A program made the translations under genes and the position numbers. The notes under the pieces were generated by a model. That model searched no databases. It was not told the DNA's origin and saw only the letters and a list, made by a program, of their open reading frames with translations. A DNA stretch of 20,000 nucleotides from the IMG/VR virus record IMGVR_UViG_3300029967_000119; one strand, written 5' to 3'. How positions within the stretch are numbered: position 1 is the stretch's first letter; each line of letters opens with the position of its first letter. The DNA is from an uncultured virus (IMG/VR IMGVR_UViG_3300029967_000119) (Duplodnaviria; Heunggongvirae; Uroviricota; Caudoviricetes). Positions 1 to 10,010 of this stretch are shown here, in pieces.

Positions 1-1
1 A

Positions 2-1195
2 CAGGGCTGCATTGTAGTCGACATGCTTGAGTCCATCTTCTTTAGAAGTTGTGACAAGATCATCATAGCCTTGTGACTCAAGCTCTTGAGCGATGAAGCC
101 ATAAGACTGTAGAGAAGTGTCACGCCATTTGAATGCAAACACGGATGGCTCTGGAACTTGATCATCAATACTAGATATGCCAGTCTTGAGGTTTTTGTCT
201 GAAGATGCATAGAATGCACTAGCAGTCATTGTACCAGAAATCTCGACTGTATTTGCAAGGCTGATTGTTGCATCAGTGATGTTAATGTTAGAACCAGCTT
301 TATATGTTGTGCCGCCACCTGATGCACTTATCTGATATGGAGAACTTGAAGTTCCGGATCCACTGATTGTGACATTGGTCCCAGCAGATATAAGTCCAGA
401 TACACTGTTTGGGCCAGTAGGACCAGTAGGACCAGTAGGGCCAGTAGGGCCAGTAGGGCCAGTAGGGCCAGTGCTGCCATCTTGACCTGAACCAGTTACT
501 CCAGGTCCTGTTGGGCCTTGTAGACCCTGTGGCCCTTGTGGGCCTGTGCTGCCATCTTTGCCAGTTCCGGTGTAGCTTGGTCCAGTTGGACCTTGTGGCC
601 CTTGTGGGCCTTCACCACCTCCACCTCCTTCTCCAGCAGGGCCAGTTGGCCCTTGTGGACCTTGCGAGCCTTCACCACCTCCTTCTCCTGGAGGTCCAAC
701 CGGCCCTTGCCAGCCCTGGAATCCCTGTGGACCAGTCATCTTAGTGACATTGTCTATAGCATCCCAGATGCTGTCTGTTGAGTCACTTATCTTCTTGCCA
801 TCGCCATCGTAGACATCTTTGCCGATCTCAATGTCTGTGCCTTTCACTTTCTCTTCAATCATTGTCTCAATCATGTCTGATGTGTCATTGAATGACCAAA
901 GAGCATAGTCTTCTGCAGTGACAGCATTGAAGTCAAGGCACTTCACAGATGTGTCATTTGTACCAGCAACATTAGTGAGAGCCATGTTAGTTATCATGAT
1001 AGTGCCTTCAGACACATCTTTGCTGACAAGCTCATGGCCTTGGACACCAATCGGTACTTTGTTGTAGATTGGGATACGATATGTTGCTTGGTCTGTTGAA
1101 GTGTTCTCGTAGTATATAGACTCAATTGAAGTGATTGGTGACACATTCACATTCAATGAGTCAAGGATTTGCAAGCTCTTTGCTGTCTTTGACAT
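2..1195 (-). CDS. Tail fibre/spike-like protein with collagen G-X-Y repeats and a C-terminal peptidase S74 intramolecular chaperone domain (3' end runs off the window)
   Basis: Not in the ORF track because it is open at the edge. Manual translation from ATG 1195: [21 protein letters not shown]...[34 protein letters not shown]...[15 protein letters not shown]...[18 protein letters not shown]...[44 protein letters not shown]. The SDxxLK, GFIAQE and VDY motifs are typical of S74 chaperones. No stop in 398 codons. Confidence 0.9.
   Translation of the reverse strand, partial: MSKTAKSLQILDSLNVNVSPITSIESIYYENTSTDQATYRIPIYNKVPIGVQGHELVSKDVSEGTIMITNMALTNVAGTNDTSVKCLDFNAVTAEDYALWSFNDTSDMIETMIEEKVKGTDIEIGKDVYDGDGKKISDSTDSIWDAIDNVTKMTGPQGFQGWQGPVGPPGEGGGEGSQGPQGPTGPAGEGGGGGEGPQGPQGPTGPSYTGTGKDGSTGPQGPQGLQGPTGPGVTGSGQDGSTGPTGPTGPTGPTGPTGPTGPNSVSGLISAGTNVTISGSGTSSSPYQISASGGGTTYKAGSNINITDATISLANTVEISGTMTASAFYASSDKNLKTGISSIDDQVPEPSVFAFKWRDTSLQSYGFIAQELESQGYDDLVTTSKEDGLKHVDYNAAL
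410..735 (-). repeat. Collagen-like G-X-Y coding repeats, including a 9-bp GG(C/T)CCTACT tandem (GPT)n
   Basis: Tandem ccagtaggg/ccagtagga units at about 414-470 and GPQ/GPT triplets up to about 735. Confidence 0.9.
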
Positions 1196-1233
1196 TGAGA
1201 ATTCTTAAGCTATTTTGCTCGCGGGTCTCCCGC

Positions 1234-1258
1234 CATTTTCAATATTTATCAACTTGCA
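1234..1258 (-). promoter_or_regulatory. Putative late promoter (TAAATA core) upstream of the fibre gene
   Basis: Minus strand reads TGCAAGTTGATAAATATTGAAAATG, nearly identical to TGCAAAGTGATAAATATTGAAATG at 6151-6174 (+). The core resembles the T4 gp55 late promoter TATAAATA. Confidence 0.7.
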
Positions 1259-1261
1259 ATC

Positions 1262-2920
1262 TTATTCACTTATCTCAGAGAATCCATTGTGCTTCTGCAC
1301 GCTGATGCACTTGTCAAACATCTCAAGGTTCATGTCAACATGTGACACGATGATGATGTTCAGCTTCTCATCTCTTGCAAACTCTCTCAAGAACTCAAGC
1401 ATGATGTTTGATGTCTCTGGATCTAGTGTAGACAAGATTTCATCAAGATGGAATATGTTGATTGTTGGGAACTTGTGCTTGAGCACTTTGAAGAGCGCAC
1501 ATATGATTGCTAGATCAGCACGAGTCATCTCTCCATCACTCAAGCTCTCTACTGGAATCTCAACATTGTACTCTCTGACAGTTGCATTGAACTTTGTGTC
1601 AAAAGTCACAAAGTATGGGAAGTTGAGAGCTTCAAGATGCTGTGCAACTGACTTGTTGAAGAGTGGCAGATATGTGTTGATTATCTTCTCTTTAGCCCCA
1701 TCAGCTGAATATACCAAGAGCAGCTTCTGCAAGTCATCCATGTGTGTATTGTCATCATCGATGATCTTCTGTGTAGCTTCTATCTCGGACTTTGTCTTGT
1801 CAATGATGTTCTGTATGCCTTTCAGCTGTGATGAGACACTTGCAATGTTCTCTATTGTCTTGTTCTCTGCTGCAAGCGCAGCAACTTGTGAGTTGATTGC
1901 TGAGAGTGCAGAAGAGAGTTTCTCAAGTGCGTCCGACAGAGTCTTGTTGGTCTCATTCAGTTCATTGATCTTGCTTATGAATGATTCTCTCTGCTCACTT
2001 ACTTTAGTTTCTGCTTCTTTCAGCTTCTGCTTCACTTCATCAAACTGTGAGGAGGTGAATGAGCTTCCACATGTGGGGCACTTGTCATGGTTGAAGAGAT
2101 CAATCTTCTGCTTGATCTGTCTTGCAAGAGCCTCAACTTCATGCAGCTTCTTCTGCTCTGCAGTTACAGCTGCTCTAGAATCATTGCTTTGCTTAGAGTA
2201 TGTCTCATATGCTGCCAAGACTTGAGCCTTCTTTGCTGTAAGCTCTTCGATCTTAGTAACGTTCTCTTTCATCTTCTCTGATTCTACAGTGCTTGCACTT
2301 GCAGATGCTCTCTTGAGCTCTTCTACAGACTGGTCAAGCGTCTTGTTGAGTGCAAAGAATGCAGAGTTGCTTGCATTGATGTTGTCTCCAACTTTCTTGA
2401 TGTCATCTTTACACATCTCATAGAGCTTGTTGAGTTGGTCAAGAGAAAACACAATGTCAATGATCATCTTCTTGTCATAAGGATTCATTGTCAAGAATGA
2501 CTTGAACCTTCTCATTGACACTGTTATGATGTTAGAGAACACCTGCTGTGGGATGTCTACCACTTCATTGAGTATGAATGACTGTGCATCATTGATGCCA
2601 TAGTTCTCTAAGTCTTTTCCATCTTTCCATATCTTGAGAGAGGATGGGTTGAATGTCCTCTCTATTGCATACTCATGCCCATTAGAGACAATCTCTCCTC
2701 CGATCCAGCCATTCTTGTTGATTCTGTTTGCAATTGCATTCTTTGGAATCTTGTCGGACTTGCCATAGATGAGGAGCATTGGCAGAGAGAGTATGGCTGA
2801 CTTGCCAGCACCAGACTTGCCTGACACTAGCATGAGACAGCCATCTTTCTGGTACTCTATTGTGTTCACTTTCTCCCCATAAGCAAACACATTCTTGAAC
2901 ATTATCTTCTTGAACTCCAT
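1262..2920 (-). CDS. gp46: Recombination nuclease ATPase subunit (T4 gp46 / SbcC / Rad50-like)
   Basis: Walker A GKSGAGKS, coiled coil with zinc-hook CPTCG, ABC signature LSDGE, Walker B/D-loop FHLDEILSTLD, H-loop IIVSH; adjacent to gp47; TAA stop. Confidence 0.95.
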   Translation of the reverse strand: MEFKKIMFKNVFAYGEKVNTIEYQKDGCLMLVSGKSGAGKSAILSLPMLLIYGKSDKIPKNAIANRINKNGWIGGEIVSNGHEYAIERTFNPSSLKIWKDGKDLENYGINDAQSFILNEVVDIPQQVFSNIITVSMRRFKSFLTMNPYDKKMIIDIVFSLDQLNKLYEMCKDDIKKVGDNINASNSAFFALNKTLDQSVEELKRASASASTVESEKMKENVTKIEELTAKKAQVLAAYETYSKQSNDSRAAVTAEQKKLHEVEALARQIKQKIDLFNHDKCPTCGSSFTSSQFDEVKQKLKEAETKVSEQRESFISKINELNETNKTLSDALEKLSSALSAINSQVAALAAENKTIENIASVSSQLKGIQNIIDKTKSEIEATQKIIDDDNTHMDDLQKLLLVYSADGAKEKIINTYLPLFNKSVAQHLEALNFPYFVTFDTKFNATVREYNVEIPVESLSDGEMTRADLAIICALFKVLKHKFPTINIFHLDEILSTLDPETSNIMLEFLREFARDEKLNIIIVSHVDMNLEMFDKCISVQKHNGFSEISE

Positions 2921-2927
2921 GTGCTCT

Positions 2928-4022
2928 TTATATGCTGTCTATTGAGTTGAGTGCTGTGAAATAGTTCTCATTGAGGGATTTGATCCGTTCCATCTGCCTC
3001 TCATCTGCATCTATAGATGAGATCAATGAAGACACAACATCTTTCAGAGAGACCTTCTCTATGTTGATGTCTAGTGTATCTGTGAGAGCTTTGCCATTGC
3101 TTCTCATGATGATTGACACTTTCTTGGCGCCTAAGTCTTGTATCTTCTTGTAGATTGTTGCCATGTTTGGTGTGTCATCTACAATGATGTCAACATAGTT
3201 GTGTGAGAAGATCTTCTTCAAGCTCTCATCATCCATCTTGGAGAACTCATCAAATGAGATCTGCAAGAAGAGTGGAGAGACTTTGTTCTCTTTGAATGCT
3301 GCTTTGCCTGTTGCAACTTCAAGGATATACACACCTTTCTCATTGCCAATGTCAGATCTGTTCAACTGGTATGGGCATCCAACATAAGTCACCTTCTTGG
3401 TCTGCTGCCTCTTGTGGATGTGCCCTGCATAGATGTGCCCAGTAAATGAATCTACATTGACTCCACTTATCACCTTCTGGTTGTTTGCATACTTCATCTT
3501 GTTGATGTCTGTGTGCATGAAAGCATAGTCAGCATTTGCATTCTCTACCAAACACTTAGTCTCTTCAGTTGCAGACCCAAGGTATGGGATTGCTATACCA
3601 ACTTTCCCTTCTGGGAAGTTGATCCTTGTCGGTGTACAAATCACAGTGACATTGGGGATGAACTCTAAGCTTTTGAGTGAAGTCACACCAACATTTGTGC
3701 GTCTGTACAAGTCATGGTTCCCGTTGATGATGACAGTTGGCAGCACTTCTGCAACTTCTGCAAACATTGTGATTGCAAAGTCATTGACTGCAAGGTTGAG
3801 GCTCTTTCTATCATCAAACACATCTCCAAGCACAAGCAGCCCAACCTTCTTCTGAGCTCTCTCTCCTCTCTTGACTTCTTCTTTGCAAAGTGAGATGAAG
3901 AAGCTGTCTGCCCACTCTTTCATGTTTGCCACTCACTCTTCACTAGAGCCTCTCACACCAAAGTGCAAGTCAGCTATCATCAAGACTGTGTCAAAGTTGA
4001 GATCTATTGTTGGCAATCCCAT
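2928..4022 (-). CDS. gp47: Recombination nuclease subunit (T4 gp47 / SbcD / Mre11-like metallophosphoesterase); one in-frame TGA at 3933-3935
   Basis: From ATG 4022: MGLPTIDLNFDTVLMIADLHFGVRGSSEE[TGA]VANMKEW..., then GDVFD, GNHD, FMHTD, AGHIH, VGCPYQ. Motif I (DLHFG) lies upstream of the TGA, so the track ORF 2928..3932 is truncated. Confidence 0.93.
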
Positions 4023-4025
4023 CTT

Positions 4026-4583
4026 CTAGAACATCTTATATGTTTTTGCAAAGTCCATTGCAGACACATGCATGCCATTCTCATATATGTCTTGGCAAAT
4101 CTCAGCAAGCATCTTTGGACTCAACACACTGCTCACGATGTACTCATAGCTGAAGTTGAAGAACTCATTTATAGCTATAGTTGCATTGAGCGCTGTCACC
4201 CCACTCATCTTCTCAAGCTTCTCCTTCACATAGTAGAACACTTCAAAGATGCTCTTCTTTGGTATCTTCTTTATAGTCCCATCAGGGTTTGTGTACTGCT
4301 CTCTGTATGGAGACTTCTTTCAAATCTCTAGCACCTGCAGAGATATGTCTTTCATCTCATCTTCATCATAGAGTGTCGGCTCATAGTCATCGACATACTC
4401 TGAAGCGAGCACTATCTTTGTGTTCCTAGCATAAGTCATGTCTACACTTGCATCAGTGTAAGCATGGAGAGACTTCATTGTGTTGATGCGCTTCCTCACA
4501 CTAGGATCAGGTGTGCCTTGTGCAGAAGAGTCTGCTGCAGCAAGCGACACATCTATGGTTGCATCAATTGATGGTTGTTCCAT
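4026..4583 (-). CDS. Hypothetical protein, 185 aa; one in-frame TGA at 4320-4322 joins two track ORFs
   Basis: 4320..4583 and 4026..4241 share a frame; the linker reads LEI[TGA]KKSPYREQYTNPDGTIKKIPKKSIFEVFYYVKEKL with no other stop. It fills the gap between gp41 and gp47. TAG stop. Confidence 0.8.
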
Positions 4584-4598
4584 TTGAAGTGTTTGATT

Positions 4599-6080
4599 TT
4601 AAGAAGCTTCAAACAAGTCTTGCCCAGATATCCTCAGCTCGCTGAGACCTAAGTTCGGCAGTTCTTGTTGCCCTTGTTGTTTAGGTTGCCCTACACTATT
4701 ATATTGTGGGTTTGCCAAAGCTGTCCATTTCTTTGGTATGTCCGTCCCTTCTACCACTATGTCTTCAGTCGTGTCTTCTGTGATCCTCAAGAACTTTTTG
4801 TCTACCACATACTTCTTCTTGTTTCCCATGGCATCACTGTTCCTCAGTGCTACAGCCTTGAGGTAGTAGACACCTTCTGCATTCATCACAGCTGTCTGGA
4901 TGATTCCAAACAGAGAGTCAACAGTCGCAATCAGGCCAGCAGACTCAGACACATTGCTCATGCTTATGTCAGTTGCATCAAATGCAGACCTGTTAGTCTG
5001 TGTCACTGACACGACACACCAGTTGTTCCGCTGAGACATTGCACGGACATCCTCACATATAGACTTTATCTTCTGGTATGTGTTCTCAGAGTTCGGGTTC
5101 TTGTAGTCTTTCATGATGTTGATGTAGTCAATGAAGACGTTGTCAAACTTGAAAGGCTTGTCTTCAGTTGAGAGCTCGGCTTCTTTCTTCAGTATGAAAG
5201 CTTCTATGTCATACACAGTCGCTGAAGATGTTGGAAACTCTTCAATGAAGAACTTTCCTGGCTTCTGGAATGAACCAGCTTTCTTTGCTTGGTACGCTGA
5301 GACTTTCTCTTTGAACTTCTCAATGTCTTGGACATAGTCTCTGTACTCTTTGATTGGTATGTCAAACAAGTTTGCGCCAATCCTCTGGTTCACAAGCTGG
5401 TATGACAGCTCAAGAGTTATGTACACAGTGTTGAGGCCGGAGTCGACTGAGTTCGCCGCCAAGTTGCAGAGCCACATCGACTTCCCGACCTTTGGCGACC
5501 CCATCAGCACATTGAGGGTCTTCTTTGCCCATCCACCATTCAATGCAATGTCCATGAACTTGTATCCTGTCGGCTTTGTGTCAAAAGTCTGCATCACATG
5601 GTTGTTGATGTCAAAGAAGTCATGTCCTTCTGTGCTGTCAAATGCAAAGCTTGCGTCTGCATTGAACATCGACTTCACCTTCTCTATGACTTCCTTGCAG
5701 TTCTCAAATGTGATGTCTCCTTGAGAAGTCTTTATGTATGCAAGCACCCTCTTCAACGAGCACATCAAGTTCTGCCATTCAGCATAAGCAGATGTGTTCT
5801 CTTTGAGCCACTCATCAGTATACTCATTGACTTTGCTCTCTGACTGCCAGATTGTGTGGATGATGTCATCAGTCAAGACCTCATCTTTGCCAGCTATCTT
5901 GACTAAGTCTATTGCCTGTGTCTCAGATGGCATTGACCTATATTCCAAGACATGCCCTTTGAGAATCTCAAACAGCTCTTGGATTGGCTGTGTGTTGAAG
6001 AACTTTCCCTTGAACTTTGCTGCAAGCTCTGGATGCTTCAGCACATAGAAGAAGATTATTGTCTCTAAGAATCCGTTCAC
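4599..6080 (-). CDS. gp41: Replicative DnaB-family (SF4) helicase, T4 gp41-like
   Basis: Walker A GSPKVGKS, YITLEL, Walker B FIDYINIM, VTQTNR, SESAGLIATVD; GTG start; TAA stop. Confidence 0.93.
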   Translation of the reverse strand: MNGFLETIIFFYVLKHPELAAKFKGKFFNTQPIQELFEILKGHVLEYRSMPSETQAIDLVKIAGKDEVLTDDIIHTIWQSESKVNEYTDEWLKENTSAYAEWQNLMCSLKRVLAYIKTSQGDITFENCKEVIEKVKSMFNADASFAFDSTEGHDFFDINNHVMQTFDTKPTGYKFMDIALNGGWAKKTLNVLMGSPKVGKSMWLCNLAANSVDSGLNTVYITLELSYQLVNQRIGANLFDIPIKEYRDYVQDIEKFKEKVSAYQAKKAGSFQKPGKFFIEEFPTSSATVYDIEAFILKKEAELSTEDKPFKFDNVFIDYINIMKDYKNPNSENTYQKIKSICEDVRAMSQRNNWCVVSVTQTNRSAFDATDISMSNVSESAGLIATVDSLFGIIQTAVMNAEGVYYLKAVALRNSDAMGNKKKYVVDKKFLRITEDTTEDIVVEGTDIPKKWTALANPQYNSVGQPKQQGQQELPNLGLSELRISGQDLFEAS

Positions 6081-6099
6081 CTTAAAAATTTCTGATCTA

Positions 6100-6130
6100 A
6101 GATTTTATGCCGGATGTGCTCAAAAGTCTC
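6100..6130 (-). promoter_or_regulatory. Putative early sigma70-like promoter for the gp41-gp47-gp46 unit
   Basis: Minus strand GAGACT(6130-6125)-N17-TAAAAT(6107-6102)CT; same architecture as the two sites at 11922-11984. Confidence 0.55.
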
Positions 6131-6150
6131 TGATGTCTGTTTCACTAGAC

Positions 6151-6174
6151 TGCAAAGTGATAAATATTGAAATG
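6151..6174 (+). promoter_or_regulatory. Putative late promoter (TAAATA core)
   Basis: TGCAAAGTGATAAATATTGAAATG, a near-copy of the 1234-1258 (-) element, directly upstream of a two-gene plus-strand unit. Confidence 0.7.
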
Positions 6175-6189
6175 CCAAAAAGTTGCCCA

Positions 6190-7620
6190 ATGGCAAGACA
6201 AATATTCGACACATCTTGGAACATAGACTTCAAAGGATACAATCCAGAGAATGGAGAGACAGCAGATGTAAAAGAGCTTGAATGGAGAGAGTTTGATGAT
6301 GCTGGAGCGGTAATTGACAGCAGCTACATCACTCCTAATGTCAACCTAGCAACTGTCTATGTTGAGGCAGATCCTGACAAGAATGGTGTCCCAACTAGAT
6401 ACTCATTCCAAGACTTCTTTGAGAACTTTGACAAAGACACTTCTAACCGATTCAGAGAGATAACCGAAGAGATTGAGACTAAAGTCAGGACAGCATATAA
6501 AGTCAAAGGCAACTCATACATTGACACAACTGGCACCGCTTCTGCTCCAAGCTTGTGGGACACATACATCAGTGCAGAGGCTGCTTCTAAGTCAGCAGCT
6601 GCATCACTTGCAAACCCTGTTGATGTCTCAGTTGGCTTTGTCTACAATGTGCTTGATGGGTCTATCCTGTTGCAAGTTGAAGCAGGTGACAACTATGTCG
6701 TGACGGGATATGACTCAAACAAGTCTGACTGAGGCAAGTGCATCAGTGTAGATGCAAATGGCAACAAAGATGGCAACACGATTGTCAGTAAGGCTGGTGT
6801 CATCCTTGACAACTTAGGCGGCCCAGTCGAGACACACATGACATTCAGGTGCACTAATGTAGCAAACTCTAGTGACTTGACTTTGAACAAGACTTACACA
6901 AATGCAGAGGTGACTGAGCTGCTTCAGCTCCTGCTCTCACCATATGTTCCACCTAAGAACTTGGTTGTGACTAGAAGCAACACCAACAATTTCTTGTTTG
7001 GGACAACTAACAGTGTATATCCAAGAGCAAAAGTGACTAAGGGAAGCGAAGACTTGACAACATACACATTCAATGGCACTCAAGGAACATTTGAGAGCGG
7101 CAATGCAAATGCAAGCGTTGGAGAAGATGCATCAATCAAAGGAGTTGCAGAAAGCATAAAAGACAACACAACATGGAAAGTTGTCATCTCTGATGGCCGC
7201 ACTACACTAGAGAAGTCTACATCAAGCCAGTTCTATTGGCCATACTATGTTGGCTTGATCACCAGTGAGCCACAGAATCTCACAGTTGCAGATCTTGGCA
7301 CAGGGTGCCTCACAACCGAGAAGACAATCACTCACACTGCAACTGTCAGCAAGACAACTAACCAATATTTCTGGATGGCAATTCCACGATTTGTCACCCC
7401 AACAGCGTGCAAAGGCGGCAAGAACTCTGGCTCTCTCACAAACTCTTATGATCTTGTAAAAGTAGTGAACAACTTAGAAGTCACATTAGGAGGAACTAAG
7501 TACTTGTACAATGTATGGACACCTACGGCTGAAGCACCAGTAGTTGCTGGCACCACAGCGTGCTTCCAATACACACTCAACCAAGACTTGAAGCTTGGCA
7601 CTAACAGGCCGACAGCATAA
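6190..7620 (+). CDS. Hypothetical, probably virion structural protein (about 476 aa); one in-frame TGA at 6730-6732
   Basis: Track ORFs 6133..6732 and 6838..7620 share a frame; linker DSNKSD[TGA]GKCISVDANGNKDGNTIVSKAGVILDNLGGPVETHMTF. Thr/Ser/Asn-rich, beta-strand-like C-terminal half. Start placed downstream of the TAAATA element (ATG 6190; 6172 is an alternative). TAA stop. Confidence 0.75.
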
Positions 7621-7643
7621 AAGACTACTAGACACTCAAAGAC

Positions 7644-9947
7644 ATGAGCACAAACAACATATTCTATCAGCTATACTCAAATGGCAAGCAGAGCTATGTG
7701 AGCTCCCAGTATGTCTGCTCAGATGCAGCTAATGAGGAAGGTACACAGTTCTCTATTGATGATGGCAAAGCAACTATAACAGACTCTGAAGGAAATGAGC
7801 TTGCATCACTTGACCTTTCAAGCGTGAGTGATGGCACTGATGGGATAACAGACTACAAGACTGAGACTAAGGTCTTGCCTGGTGGAAGTGCTCTGATGGT
7901 GCAAGGTCCAGACTTTGGGCTCTCTAATGAGACACAGTGCTTTGCAATCTGTGACACAATCTCTTCTGTAGATGACTTTGATGGCTATGTCAACGCAGAG
8001 CTTGACATCACAGTCGTGAGCAAGTTCAAGTGCAAGACAATCCATGTGAACACTGCTTCTGCCCGTGAAGCTGGGTCTTCCGAGTCAGTCATCGACTTGA
8101 TCAACAACATCTTATGCAAGTGGAACATACCGGTAGTTGCATCTCTCGAGTCTGTAGACACAGAGCTCTGCTGTGAGACTGACACAATCATCTACCTCAA
8201 GTTCATGTCTAACCAGCTCGGCTACTCATACAAGATAGACAATGTCGTGCTGAAGGCGATCTCACGGAGTGAGGACTTTCCAGACGCACCATTCGATGAC
8301 CCTACAGTCACTGTGCAAGATGTGCTTGACGCAATTGCATATGTCAGGCCAGAGAAGTGCAAGGTGCCAGAAGATGGGTGAGACACTTACTATGGTGAAG
8401 GCATTGTTCACTATGTCAACTCACTCACAGGTGAAGACATAGCAGATGCTTCTTCAAGCTGCATGATCCTCTTCAACATAGATCCAAGTAACTGGACAAA
8501 GTTCAAAGATGGCACAATCACAGTAGTTGCAAACTCTAGCTTGCTTGGTGCAAGTGCTTCTGTGCAAGGATCTGCATCACTCAATGAGACTTCTAAGTAT
8601 GTCAAAGGCAACATGCCAGAGATGTACTCCGAGTCTTCAGTCTACACAGTCTCACTCACACAGAATGTGTTCCCACAGAAGAGGGAAGGAGACACCGTGG
8701 TGGTAGATGCAAGCTTTGCATTCATTGATGGCTCTATATCTGTAGACGCTCCAATCAGGCTCTGCACATCATGGATGAATGGAGACCCAATGAGTGGCTA
8801 CGACATCATCATACCAAAGTACACAACTTTGATGCAGCTCACAGACTGGCAAGAGACACATGACACAGAGCCAGACACATCGACTGACTCTTCTGCTGGT
8901 GGCTGGATGGAGCTCTGGGATGACTGCTCTTGCAACTGTGATGGGTGTGACTCAAGCAACTCATCTTCTGGAAGCAACACTTCTTCTGGCAATGGCAGCA
9001 ACACAAAGCCATCAGACTCTTCTAAGTATGTCATCGATTGCTCTCTCTACATATACATCCTCAACAATGCTGGCGTAGGCATGCCAACTGCTGCCAAGTA
9101 TGAGAGCTTCAGTGATGCAAGTGTAGACCCAAGTGCTGGTGTCTTCTCTTATGTAGATGGTGGCTGGCTCTGGAACCCATCAGACATCTTTGATGTGTTC
9201 AAAGAGCTCATCGACCTGACCGGCCTCACAGACCCAGCAGATGCAAGTGCTTCACTCAAGTGTGAGCTCACAGAAGATGCAAGCCTCTATGTTGGGCCAT
9301 TGAAGTATCCAAACGGCTCAATGAGAGGCATTGTGATAGCTCCTTCGTATCCAGAAGGATATGTTGATGAATATGAGCCGCTGCAAGTAAATGTCATACA
9401 AGACAAAGTCAGCATCTATGAGAAGTTTGGAGACTGGGATGCAGATGGCAACCAGTCATTCATCTTAGGCAGAGATGCATGTGAGCGGTGTGATGGCAAC
9501 CTCATCCCACTCTACACAAAGAGAGACTTTGATGTGAGATGCTCACTCCAAGAGGAGCCAATGCACATGAGCATCCCAGACACAGATGACTCTAGCTGTG
9601 GATGTGACACAAGCACATGCCATGCACACTGCTGGCATGACATAGACATAGAGACTACTAGCGGGACAACTGCAAATGGGTCAAGTGCATGAGCAGACAA
9701 TGAGAGGGCCTTTGAGAGCTGGAGCACAATGTGCCAGTGCACATCTAGCACAGATGGCATGCTTGGCAAGTCCGGCTACCTCAGGTGGGTTGACCAGAAC
9801 GGCTGTTGGCTGAAGTTCAAGACACTCTTCGCAATTGTTGGAGGAAAGGACTCTGAGACAAGCGATGACAAGAGCCACATCAACAGCATCTGGATATACA
9901 ATCCGAATGATGTGCCGCTCAAGGTCAAGTACTTGATGTTTGCATAA
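7644..9947 (+). CDS. Large acidic, Cys-rich hypothetical protein (767 aa); in-frame TGA at 8379-8381 and 9690-9692
   Basis: Three track ORFs (7644..8381, 8463..9692, 9729..9947) share a frame; linkers PEDG[TGA]DTYYGEGIVHYVNSLTGEDIADASSSCMILF and GSSA[TGA]ADNERAFESWSTMCQC. TAA stop followed by a hairpin. Confidence 0.8.
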
Positions 9948-9948
9948 G

Positions 9949-9987
9949 AAGAAGTCCACCATCCTGCAACTGCTTGGTGGACTTCTT
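9949..9987. terminator. Hairpin between convergent genes; probable bidirectional terminator
   Basis: 13-bp perfect inverted repeat AAGAAGTCCACCA / TGGTGGACTTCTT with a 13-nt loop, between stops at 9947 (+) and 10011 (-). Confidence 0.75.
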
Positions 9988-10010
9988 GCAATATATGATT
10001 CTAGAGCTGC

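Noticed and set aside
1221..1233. GCGGG-TCT-CCCGC hairpin as a terminator for gp46
   Set aside because: There is no U-tract on the minus strand and it lies downstream of the late promoter motif; it could be a 5' leader structure, but support is insufficient.
1215..2225. 336-aa plus-strand ORF and the many other antisense or overlapping track ORFs
   Set aside because: They are shadows of well-supported genes on the opposite strand or in another frame, with no recognisable motifs.
4020..4028. TAG readthrough (code 15): TAG-AAG-ATG places the 185-aa gene in frame with gp47
   Set aside because: No gene here has an internal TAG; the TAG at 13780 falls at the natural end of the DinG helicase and the one at 14543 precedes an intergenic region; gp47 has its own ATG at the expected distance from motif I.
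7644..9947. TGA as selenocysteine in the Cys-rich protein
   Set aside because: TGAs occur in six unrelated genes at non-redox, Trp-like positions, and I saw no common SECIS-like hairpin after them.
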